From Nageia nagi (taxonomy: Eukaryota; Plantae; Pinophyta): DNA of 64,000 nucleotides. The position numbers were made by a program, and so were the translations under genes. The notes beneath the pieces are model-generated. The model saw only the letters and a program-made list of their open reading frames with translations, was not told the DNA's origin and searched no databases. The stretch is from assembly GCA_050084985.1 (NCBI GenBank), contig JBITNC010000002.1:23498001-23562000 (forward strand). Reading direction: 5' to 3'. This document shows positions 52,440 to 64,000 of the stretch, piece after piece. How positions within the stretch are numbered: position 1 is the first letter of the stretch; the number at the start of each line of letters is the position of its first letter.

Positions 52440-53731
52440 TGTTATGATCCAAAAATTAAATTCCCTTCAAACTAGAAATACAAGATCATCGAGCACTGAT
52501 GTTAGGTCTAGGGCATCAACACATAACCATTCAAATCCTCAAGTGCCAATGTTAGGGTTAGAGTAATCAATAGGCATCATACCAAGGTAATTGTACCAAC
52601 ACCTTGCACATACATGCAATTAGAAATGAACAATACATTATAATGCCAACATCTAGAAATTGCAAACATGCATCAATGAACATAACCTTATAATGCCAAT
52701 GTCTAGGTCATACATACACAATGAAATATAAACAATCCATCACGTGCACAAGTATGGAATACATAATACAAAAATGAGATCCAATGCCCTATGTTTGTAT
52801 ATGAAAGATATGAATAACAATAATATAATACAAGATATGAATAACAATAATATAATACAATATATGAATAAAAATAATATAATATCAAGCCCTAATGGGT
52901 AGTCGTTGGCCTCCAAGGACCCAAATAGGGCATAATGTCTAATATCTCCAATATGGGATGAACTACAAAACCATGGGATAGATCTACACCCTCATATATT
53001 GAATCCTCTCCACTGAAGGAGCCCTCCTTGAACTCTAGCTAATTGACTAAATGGTAGAAGAAAACCCTCAAAATACCATCATATGGGAAGAGATGCTCCT
53101 CCAATGTCATAAATAATTAGAATATTAATGCTTGACTACCCTTTAGATGTTCTACCTATGAATGGTTTCTTAGCATTGCTAAGACTTGTGTCTAAAGGAT
53201 TGTAGTAGAAGTGTAATAATAATCAAGTGTGTCCAATAATGAAGATCCAATTTTTATTTATACATGAATTATATTTGATCTCACCTAGGAGTCATCTTAG
53301 GCTTATCTAATCCAACATTGGGCATTTGAGAGGCCCAATCACTTAAAGTTCTAACATGGGGGTCATAATCACTCAAGATGCCAATGTGGAGCCCCTAGTA
53401 CTTAAAGTGCCAATGTGGGGATCTTGGAGTCCTCATAAATGAACATGAGGGTGTGGAGTTCTCCTCAATGTGGTGTTAGCATGCTGGAGGATGGTGATCA
53501 CTATAATGCATAAAAATACCTTAGGATTCCCACAATCCAAGATCTCCAACATAATGTATGCCTGATATACTGCTTAGGAGGGAGGCATCCCACTTGGGAC
53601 TCATGGTTGGGTCCACTTGACCCATTAAGTCTTCTATCCTAAGTTGTAATAATGTAAATGCAAGTACATGAATAAAATATAGTACAAGGTGACCAAACTA
53701 GTCCTGCTAAATGTAAAAGGGGAACATCACC
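52440..53731 (-). mobile_element. Solo LTR of the family found at 57228-58414
   Basis: Begins TGTTAT, ends catcacc, and is flanked by a perfect TSD TAGTG (52435-52439, 53732-53736). Colinear with the LTR at 57228-58414 (e.g. cctccaagga.ccaaataggg, ctcaaaatacca..atatggga, gctaagacttgtgtc, cccacttggga.tca). Confidence 0.88.
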
Positions 53732-53829
53732 TAGTGGAAATCAAATATGTTACAAAAGTGGCAAGAAGGTCAACATATGACAAACTTAACCAATAACCAA
53801 GATAAAAAAATTATGTTTAAGAGATTTGA

Positions 53830-54720
53830 ACTAATAGCCTTTCTTTTTTTGTGAAACTAGTGAATTTACCAATACACCATTGTAGAATGTTTCATCGATG
53901 CTTTTGTTTAATTCATGTAACTCTTTTTGATTCTCAACATTCCTTTGAATCTGAAGTAAGAGTTTAGCAATCATTTCATCACAAGATAACAATGAGTGAT
54001 TTTTTTTTCCTTGAGGGATCAAGTAAATTTTAGAGTACATATCTTCACAAAATGAATCCTCTATAAAAACAAAATAAATAGTAAATCATTTTTTAATATC
54101 ACTACCATGCAAGGAAGATACAAATATGCACCAACTTACATGATTATCTTGATACTTTCATTCTAACTATTATCGTGTACACCAAGTGGACCTTATATTT
54201 TCTTAAAATATTATATTTGTATTGCGAGTCAATTATACATCCATCTAAAAAGCTAAATAAATTCCCATAATTCTAAGATTCTCTTCTACTTCATGACTTG
54301 AAGATTGTTTCTCACTTCTTCCATGATCACCAAACGCCACTTACTTGATATATTTGTAGGATATATTTAACATTTTGTATATTGTACGCATGAACTCTTA
54401 TTTTTTTCTAATTTCATGAATAATGAATGCACTTCTTGAGATAATTATAGTGATATGTTGAAATAAATTGCAAGCTGAAAGGCATAGCTAGAGATCAAAT
54501 TTGAAGGGTTGCTTCAATTTTTTCTAAAAAGTGGATATTTATGTAGTTCTTATTTAATGAAGGTATAAAAAAATACAATACTCTTTATTTGAAATATTTA
54601 TAAAATATTACACTTCTTAAAATTATATAAGAATATAACTACAATCTCTACTTCGATTGGCATATTACTCTCACTAAATATGTCGATGTGTATTTTGCAA
54701 CATGGTAATAAGAATAGAAG
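53830..54720 (-). mobile_element. Possible MULE/FAR1-like transposase C-terminal relic
   Basis: Colinear weak motifs MPIEVE...IFQ, SWIM-like CLSACNLFQH, and NVKYI..SKW. Possible short GT-AG intron at ~54138-54063. Confidence 0.4.
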
Positions 54721-56567
54721 ACAATGTGATATGGTAATGGAATATTAGTTCCAAAATAACTCATAATCCATGAAAAAAGGTATTAAATTCTAAAAACTCA
54801 TTGAACTTGCAAACTTACATTCAAATATGTTTCAAAAAATGGCCATCTTGTGGGGAAGTTGAAATCAAATGGCAAACTAGAAGAATTTCCTACATATATA
54901 TGGATAACAAATGCAACACACATACTAGTCAACAACATAAAAAGCTTCCATCAAGTGAAATTCTAGTTAAATAATTATGAATCTAAAATACATAAATCAG
55001 TTAGGGAAATAAGTTTTCTAAAACCACTTGTAACATCTTCATATGACATCAAAATGCCATCAATTTGGGCATATTTTTGGTAGGAAAGCATGCAAGTACA
55101 TGGCAGTAACTCACATGATAATGAAAACATCTATCTAGATGCCACATAATAAGATTTTCATAGTATTTGATGTTGTAAATTCAAGCATTGCAAAAACTTA
55201 TATATAAAAATAAGGGTTAATGCATGGATCTACTTTATGGTAAAAAAGTGGAAGTATTTTTCATGATTTTCAAGTTTGTCACAATTGATCTCAAATATTG
55301 AAGTAGTTAAATATGGAATCTTGAAAAAGATCACTAAGGTGAAAATATAGTTTTCAAAGTATAGTTTTCAAATATGTAATTTATTGTAATACCCATATGA
55401 TAGAAATTAAAGTTTTATAGGGATGAATAAACACTACTTTCTAAAATTTCACATTTCAAGACCGTACCATGTATGTGTCCGATAAGCATAATTTGACCAA
55501 AATCAAAGTATCTTCAAAAATCCTTTTGGAAAATGATACCTAAAATATTGAATGTTTTCTTGGCTATTTTTTTAGGAATATTTTACTTTTTATTAATTTT
55601 GTATTGGTCATGATTTTTGTTTTGAAAATTGCTCATATCTGACATGCATAATTTAACCTAATCTTCTCAACTTCTAAAAATTAAAATTTAATTTTATAGA
55701 GAATTATATATAGCTTCTCCCCATATAATTTCATTTTTAAAATTACAAAAAATAAAAAATTATTAAAAAAATAATACCTTTCTCTAAAAATTTCATAAGT
55801 ACTAAAACTTATAAACATCTATATAACACAACTACAAAAAAACCATACACTAATATAATAATTATATGCATTTATATATGTGAAAACATAGGTAATACAG
55901 TATGAAAATATAATGATTTCAAATTTAAAAAGAAGACTAAAAATGATGAAAAACATTATTCAAATAGCAGACCTAAATATAATGTAAGGTTGATGATGGA
56001 AGGTTGAGATGAGGAAAGTCTGAGAGAAGATAAAGCAGGATCATTTGAGCAACCATGGAGGAGTAGAAGAGGAAAATGCTAATTATTAAGCTCCAATCCT
56101 TCAAATACCATTAGTGTCATGATTATTATAAATTTACTACAAAGTCTACTAGTACGCATGGGTGTGAGTAAGAAGTATGTAAATTTAATGCAAGCATTTT
56201 ATTTTGTGGTTGAAAAATCTTTTTCTAGGCTGGTGGAACAATAATAATGATATTGGCATAATGTTTGCTATTAATATGGTATACTATCATTGAATAACCA
56301 TTATTGCATCAATACTTCATATTAACATACATTCTTTTATTAATTATATTATATATAGTTATATATTTTATATTTTAAAATTAGTTTTTAATGGGTAATT
56401 ATTGAACTTGCCCTCCTTTGAAATTTTAAAATTAATATTACCCTTTATAATTAAAGGGAAAATTTAAAGGATGAATTTTTATTTGACTTCTTAATTTTTA
56501 TCACCCTTATTTGAAAAGTAAATTAAGGTTTACAAGATGTTGTAGGTTGCATATTTGATCATAGCTC

Positions 56568-56790
56568 ATGTTATAACCCATAGGTGAATCTATGAGTGGT
56601 GAATTATTTGTACTATCATAATGTTTTTAATAATTTCAATGTTGATTGTTCAAATTTTTTTTATCCTTTATGTATACATCACAAGTAAAGGAGAATAAAG
56701 TTTTGAACAATTATCATTGAAATTATTAGAAATATTACAAGATATCAAATAATTTATCACTCATAGATTCACCAATGGGAAACTTAACAT
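56568..56790. repeat. Long inverted repeat (foldback hairpin); ~95-bp arms, short loop
   Basis: Left arm cccataggtgaatctatgagtggtgaattatttg...aataatttcaatg.tgattgttcaaa...ccttta pairs with right arm taaagg...tttgaacaattatcattgaaattatt...caaataatttatcactcatagattcaccaatggg. Confidence 0.93.
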
Positions 56791-56929
56791 TGCATAGTTA
56801 AAGGAGACCTCATGATGAAGACTATTAGATTTCTACCATCTCATGCAAGAGAAATTTTATCCCTTGATATATGACATCATTTATCTTAGGCTTCAAGCCA
56901 ATGACTAAGGAGCATCCATGTCATCAAAA

Positions 56930-57093
56930 TCCGCTATGGGCATGATCCCTACCTCATCTACACCAACTAAAATTTGATAGGATTTTAGATACCATGCATG
57001 TGAGGGGGAGATATTTAAACATAGGGCCTCCATTTTTTCACTCGGGAGTTTTAACAACCCACTTTTCTCACCAACTCCCCTAACAACTACTAG
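56930..57093 (-). mobile_element. Second, more diverged copy of the SINE family at 50129-50321
   Basis: Shares gtgaggggg.ga...tt.aa..tagg..ctcc and ctcaccaactcccctа-type A-box block (ctcaccaactcccct). Confidence 0.6.
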
Positions 57094-57094
57094 T

Positions 57095-57098
<4 letters not shown>

Positions 57099-57188
<90 letters not shown>

Positions 57189-57193
57189 TGTAT
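57099..57193. repeat. (TA)n(TATG)n microsatellite
   Basis: Seen directly. Confidence 0.95.
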
Positions 57194-58759
57194 TTCTTTT
57201 ATTATTACAAAATTATTATATAATAATTGTAAGGATTCAAATACTAACTCAAGTGCAAATTAGCAAATTTAAGTACAAAAACTCTAACATCCGGCCTAAT
57301 GCATCTAAATCAAACCCCAATAATGCAAATATGCCAATGTCTAGGTACAACTAGCATATATTAATCAACACAATCCAAAAATACCAATGTCTAGTTCATT
57401 CAAACACATACATACCAAAGCAATCAAACAATGACAATAGATAAGTATATACAATACAAAAGTGAGATCCATGTGCCCAATGATTGTATAGAATATATGA
57501 ATGTCACAATTTAATATAATATTGAGCTCCCATAGATAAATGTTGACCTCCAAGGAACCAAATAGGGTAAATCATATATCCTCAATTCTAGATAGATAAG
57601 TAGAACTATGAGACAACCTTGCTTCCTTAGAACCTAAATCTTTTCCATCGAAGGAGACCTCCTTTGATCCTAGTGACCAACTGAATAGTAAAAGATCAAT
57701 CTCAAAATACCACTATATGGGAAAGAGTAATGCACCAATGCTATAGACAATTAGAATTCCTCAACTTGATAGCCCTCCTATATGTTTTATCTAGTGGATT
57801 GCTTAGCTTAGCTAAGACTTGTGTCCATAGGTAAGTATTAAGAAATAATAGTATAATCACGTATATCTAATAATGAGGCTCTAATATCTATTTATACACT
57901 CATCTCTAATTGGATCTCATCTAGGATTCATCACGCAACTCCTTAATCCCAACATTAGCCTCCTAGGGGTCGAATATACCCAACGTGGGTGCATAGGTGT
58001 CAAGCATGCATATGTGGTGGCCTTACATACTATTAATGATAACATTGGGTTTAGGAATGCCATGCATGCTCAATGTCGATCTAGGAGCCATGTAGTGTAA
58101 TAATGGGCCAATGTGGGGGTCTAGGAGTCTCTTTAAGGATGGCACATGTACACAAGTGCCCATCCATCCATATAAATAAAAAATAGACCTTGAGATTCAC
58201 ATAATTAAGATTCGGATCTCTAAGTATAATAAAACACTTAATTTATTCTTGGGAGGGAGATGTCCCACTTGGGAGTCAGAATGGGGTCCATCGACCTATT
58301 AAGTCTTCTATCCCAAGCTACAACTTAAAACTACAATGCAATAATAAAATATATTACAAAGGGGATTCTATTGGATTCTATAATTAATGAAAATGATGTA
58401 AGGGGGGTGTCACAAAGCCTCCTATATTGAATTGCTTACCCTCAAAGCAATAATGGAATATTGCAACATATTATCTTCCAAGAATCCTCCATTCCTGATG
58501 GCCATGGTCTGCCATGGTGGAATGTAACTTCAATACCCTCTATCTAGGATGGCAGTGTTATGTAGATTACTAAACCCTCATATCCATACATCAAGGTAAC
58601 ATGTAAACACCTTGGTTTGTTATAACTATTACTCCTCATTAGTTTCTCAATGGTCATCCTCGATACACATGGGGTTGTATGTGTACCTTTATAAGGATGT
58701 ACCTACAAATACCTTAAGTAAATCATATGTAAGTTTAAACAAGTAGAGCCCTTACTCCA

Positions 58760-59295
58760 TAAATAAAGCTAAAACTCCTTTAAGCTCAATCTGGGGTTCC
58801 AAATTCTTCCATCACTCCATGAGAGGCTCCAAACCCTTCCATCTTCCAACGTGGGCTACCAAGCTACTCGTTGGTTCAACATGATGAATGCAAACCTTCC
58901 TAGTTCCAATTTAGGGTAGCAAAGCTCCTTTAGGCTAAACATCCTACTCCCTAGCTTAGCAATGCTTTATGAGAGGAATGAAACCTCCCCCATGCCCAAC
59001 ATTGGGTGAACATCCTCTTTGAGGTTGAATGTGGGGTACCTCACCTCTCCAAGGCTTAATGTGAGGTGCCTAACCTCTTTGAAGATCAATGTTGGGTGCC
59101 TAGATCCTCTAAAGCCCAATGTGAAGTGTATAACCTCTCCAAGACACAACATGGGATGGAAACCATATCCAAGTCATAACATGAGATATCTTGCCTCTCC
59201 AAGGACCAATTTGTAGTACATAAGTTATTCTAAGCCCAACGTAGCCCCTCTAAGAACTATAGAATGCAATGTGGGGTATGGGAACTCCCTAATGC
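58760..59295 (-). repeat. ~18 units of a 30-bp minisatellite encoding a decapeptide repeat
   Basis: (a/c)a(c/t) unit anchors fall at exact 30-bp steps (58788, 58818 ... 59238, 59268). Minus-frame translation: MLCLGEVIHF TLGFRGSRHP TLIFKEVRHL TLSLGEVRYP TFNLKEDVHP. Confidence 0.88.
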
Positions 59296-59699
59296 TCCTC
59301 TTCTCCTATCAAACCCCTTACTCATCCAATGTGACCTCATATTCTACTTCCTCCTTCTTTTAGAACCACTCAGTTACCTCTAAAAACTTATTTTCCACCT
59401 CTGTAAAATCATCTCAAATCCCCTACAATGAATGGGTCTTCCCATCGATCTCAAAACTCAGTGAGTTTCTCATAATTAGTGATAATGTCACCCAAATCAA
59501 ACAACCACTATAGTTCCAAAATAATGTGAGAATATCCCTGCAAAGGATAGAAATAAATATTCTCCCTCATTGTGTAACTCTACAACCTTACTCCAAACCT
59601 TTCAATAATGTGATCCATAAGCATGAGTTTTCTATTGGCATTAGAAACTCTAAATCCTTCAAACCCTTTGTCCTTTAGATTATTCTTTTCTATAAAGCC

Positions 59700-62600
59700 A
59701 ATATCTATAAAGTTATGGTCTACTCCTATATCAATCAATACCATCACATCCTTTCCATATACTTATCCCACAATCTTAAGTGTGAGGTACTTCTTCACCC
59801 CATGTAGTGAAGCGATTATGCTCCCTAATGTGCCCTCTACCCTTGGTACCTCTTGATATAGGATATCCATGCTAATATCTAAATTTGAATCATCTGAACC
59901 ATACTTCAAAAAATACCTCTATGTAATGCACCTATCCCTTACCTTAGCACAGGCTATCTCCCAAGTCTTCTTGTAGTAGAAGTACTTGCCTTCCTCCCTC
60001 CATTTCCTTCATGTGTCTATTTCCAATTAATGAGTGAGTAATCTTGGCTGATCACCCCATATTGCCACCAATCTAGGGTATCATCCTCAAAATTTAAATA
60101 CATAAAGTGAATCACATCCTCCTCCACTATGATTGAGCTCAAGGTGAAGTATGTAGATAGTGCAACCATGCCTTAGATGTCATCCACTTTCCATCATACA
60201 TATGTACCTACATCTTATTAATTTTATGTTGTGGGCTCTTATCTCCCCACAAGCTACTAGAAGTGTGTGTACCATGTGAATTGCTCCCCTTCAACCCTAG
60301 AATTTCCAAGTAGACATTGAATTTAATATATATCTTTAATCCTATATCCAACATGGAACACTCCCTAAAAAATATGATTCAACTCCAATGGACTAGAAAC
60401 CTGATTCTTCATTTCCTCCCTGGACTTCTTTACAAATATGGGCTTGGATGTATTGGGGATGATGGGTTGTTTTCCCATCCTACCAACATCCTCCTCTAGG
60501 TATGTCCATAGTAGAGGGTTAGTACCTTATGGTACTTGATGTGAATGGGATCTCAAGAATGTGGGTTCTAGATGCCCCATAGATCCATGATGAGTAGACT
60601 CTTGATCTCTCAAACTATGATATCTCCTCATGTTTATCTCCCAAACTGCACTATCCTTATCATGATATACCTCTGTTTCACCTGATATATGATGTAGGGG
60701 GTTGATTTGCCTCTTTAACTCCTCATTAACTCCTCAAACTTCTTTATAAACATGGGCTTAGATGTATTAGGGATGATAGTATGTTCCCCCATCCTACCAA
60801 CATCCTCCTCTAGGTATGTCCCTAAGAGAGAGTTAGTACCTTGTGGTGCTCTATGTGAATGGGATATCAAGACCTTGCTCTTCATTTCCTCCATGAACAT
60901 CTTTACAAATATGGGCTTCAATGTCTTGGGGATGATAGGCTATTGCCCTATCCTACCAATGTCCTCATCTAGGTATGTCCCTAGGAGAGGGTTAGTACCC
61001 TATGGTGCTTAATGTGAATGGGATCTTAAGAATGTGGGTTCTATATGCCCCTTAGATCCATGATGAGTAGACTCTCAATCTCTCAAAATATGAGATATCC
61101 TCATGCTTGGCTCTCAATTTGCCCTATCCTTATCATGTGATACCTCTCTTTCACTTAATATATAATTTGGGGGCTACTTGTCTCTTTGACTCCTCATGAA
61201 CTCCCATATACCTATTCAACTTCTATTACATGGTGATTATGGCTCTTGTCATGTTATGGATGGTCATGATGAGCTCATTGAACATTCATTCAGGTGTAGA
61301 ATCCTAAACTAGAGTAAATCCTCTTCTAATATATGATGTGGAACTTCCTCTTGGCATGTCATACTACACTTTAGATGCACCCTCATTTGGTACCTCATTC
61401 ATGCATGGTTGGTGATCCTCTTCATGGGCAATCCTAAAAGGTGTTTCTTTGGTATTTGACTTTCTACTTTTTCTTGTAGATGCCATCTCTCTTTGAATGT
61501 TGTATCTAGTATAATAGCAATGTACTGTAGGTCTCATACAAAGGCTAACCAAATCCAAGCTCAAATACTCATATAAGGATCTAAACATAAACTCAAGTAC
61601 AAATCATCGAATTCAATTATAAAAATCCTAATGTCTAACCTAAGTCATTGATGAAGTTCTGGGATGCTTCTAGATCAATCAAGACTATCACATCCTTTCC
61701 ACTTACTTTCCCCATAACCTTCAGTATGAGGTACTTCTTCACCCCATGTAGTAAAGCAATTATACTTCCTAATGTACCTTATTCCCTCAATGCCTCCTGA
61801 TCTAGGATTTCTATGCCAAGATCCAAATACGAATCATCTAACCCATCCTCAAAAAATACATCTATGTAATGCATCTATCCCTTGCCTTGGTAATGGTTCC
61901 CTATCTCCCAAGTCTTATTGCAATAGAAGCATTTGCCTTCTTACCTCAATTTCCTTCATGTGGCTTTGTCCAATTGGTTTGGTTGAGGTAGGGAGAATGG
62001 TTTGGCCTTGTTGGTCACTTCCTTATAGGTAAATGGCACCCATGTGACTGGTCCCTTGTACATCCATCCTCCCTTTAGGGACTTCATGGTTGAGTCTAGG
62101 TCATATATAACATAGATGGCATCATAAAGGCTCCTAAGTGATGATACCTTGACCATACCCTGTAATGTCTCCATCAAACCCTTAATGAAGAGGAATGTTA
62201 GTTGCTCCTATGGAATATGGTGGATCATAATTATGATCTTCTAAAACTCTGACATATTTTTATCCACTACTTATTTCCTCAATGATGTTAGATCCCAAAA
62301 GTGGTCATTCTCCCTCTTTAGGTCAAACCTTTTAACAATCTATTTGGCAAACTCATCAAAGGAGGTGATGAGTGAGTAATCCTGCATGATGTAAAGATGT
62401 AATGTAAATCACATCCTCCTCCACCATGTTTGGGCTTAAGGTGAAGTCTATAGCTAGTGCAATCATGCCCTATAAGTCATCCACTTTCCATCATACATAT
62501 GTACCTGCAACTTATTTATTTTATGTTGTGGGTATCTCTTATCTCCCCATGAGATGGTACAAGTGTGTGGATGATGGGAATTACTCCCTTTCAAACATAG

Positions 62601-64000
62601 TATTTTTGGTAGTCATTGAAGTTGACATATCTCTTCAATCCTAGATCTAACACGGAATACTCTTTGAAAATATGATTCAAATCTAATGGACCAAGAACCC
62701 TATTCTACATTTCCTCCCTAAATTTCTTTATGAACATGATCTTGGATGTCTTATGGATGATGGGTTGTTCCCCCATCCTACCATCCTCCTCCTCTAGGTA
62801 CATCCCTAGAATAGGGTTAGTATTGTGTGGTGCTTGATGTGAATGGGATCTCAAGAATGTGGGTTCTATACACTACATAGATCCATAGTGTGTAGACTCC
62901 TGATCTCTCAAACTATGACTTGCATCCCAATCTACCCTATCTTCATCATGCGATACCTCTCTTTCACTTGATATATGATGTGGGGGGATGACTTGCCTCT
63001 TTTACTTCTCATGAACTCCCACATACCTATTAGCTTCCATTTCATGGTGGTGATGGCTCTTATCATGTTATGGATGGTCAAGATGAGCTCATTAAACTTT
63101 GATTCAAGTGTAGACTCCTAAACCAGAGTAGAGCCTTTTCTATTGGATGATGTAGAACTTCTTCTTGGCATATCAATCTACTCTTTATATGCACCCTCAT
63201 TTGGTACCTTATTTATCCATGATTGATGATCCTCTTCATGGATGATCCTAGAAGGTGTTTCTTTGGTATGTGACTTTCTACTCTTTCTTCCAAATGTCGT
63301 CTCTCTTTGAATGTTGGATATGGTATAATAGCAATGTACTGTAGGTCTCATATAAAGGTTGACCAAATCTAGGCTTGAATACCAATATAAAGATTTAAAC
63401 ACAAACTGAAGTACAAATCATCAAATTCATTTACAAAAACCCTAACGTCTAACCTAAGGCATCGATGAAGTTTTGGGATGCTCCTAGATCAGTTAAGACC
63501 ATCACATCCTTTCCACTTGCTTTCTCCATAATCTTCAGTGCTAGGTACTTATTCACCCCATGTAGTAAAGCAATTATGCTCGTTAATGTATCATGTTCCC
63601 TCAGTGCCTCTTGATCTATGATTTCCATGCCAAGATCTAAATCTAAATCATCTGACCCATTCTCAAAAAATACATCTATGTAATGCACCTATCCCTTGCC
63701 TTGGCAATGGTTCCCTATCTCCCAAGTCTTATTGCAGTAGATACACTTGCGTTCCTACCTAAATTTCCTTTATGTGGCTTTGTCCAATTGGTTAATTCAA
63801 GGTAGGGCTAAGGGTTTGGCCTTGTTAGTCCCTTCCTTGTAGGTAAATGGCTTCCATGTGATTGGTCCCTTATACATCTATCCTTCCTTTAGGGACTTTA
63901 CGATTGATTTTAGGTCATATATAGATCAGATGGCATCACAAAGGCTCCTAGTTGAGGATACCTTGACCATGCCCTGTAACATCTCCATCAAACCCTTAAT
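59700..64000 (-). repeat. Tandem array of ~1.8-1.9 kb leader-gag-protease(N) units (two complete, a third partial)
   Basis: Junction ctaacctaag.cat.gatgaagtt.tgggatgct at 61635 and 63449 (period 1814). Paralogous ORFs 61364-61588 and 63178-63402. Confidence 0.92.

Larger units (their letters stand above)
57228..64000 (-). mobile_element. Non-autonomous Ty3/gypsy derivative: 3' LTR, chromodomain remnant, 30-bp array, protease and tandemly repeated gag blocks; runs off the window
   Basis: LTR 57228-58414 (TGTAAG...GTCACA); terminal FEGKQF motif and PPT next to the LTR; protease VLIDIGVDHNFID (~59720); gag FIKGLMETLQGMVKV..L.DAI (~62150). No RT, RNase H or integrase motifs between protease and LTR. 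Confidence 0.88.

Noticed and set aside
58760-59295. CRISPR-like periodic array
   Set aside because: These are contiguous degenerate 30-bp units with no repeat-spacer alternation, no cas genes, and a eukaryotic retroelement context.

Overview
This is AT-rich, strongly CpG-depleted eukaryotic nuclear DNA with the repeat repertoire of a large-genome land plant (gymnosperm-like; inferred, not proven). I find no intact host protein-coding gene, rRNA, tRNA or CRISPR array. The window is mostly nested, decayed transposons: three Ty1/copia remnants, several Ty3/gypsy fragments, a near full-length L1 LINE with a 17-bp TSD, hAT and MULE/FAR1-like transposase relics, tRNA-derived SINEs and a TSD-flanked solo LTR. 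Four structures stand out. (1) A complete 8.4-kb LTR element (38979-47411) has gag but no pol, and carries an antisense, intron-containing plant-mobile-domain/coiled-coil gene. (2) A gypsy derivative (57228->64000) has RT-RNaseH-integrase replaced by an exact 30-bp-register decapeptide array, and its leader-gag-protease block is tandemly amplified at least three times. (3) A ~220-bp foldback hairpin lies at 56568-56790. (4) A CpG-retaining island (~6200-9150) has promoter- and splice-like signals and may be an unannotated transcript. Identities and many boundaries are estimated by eye.
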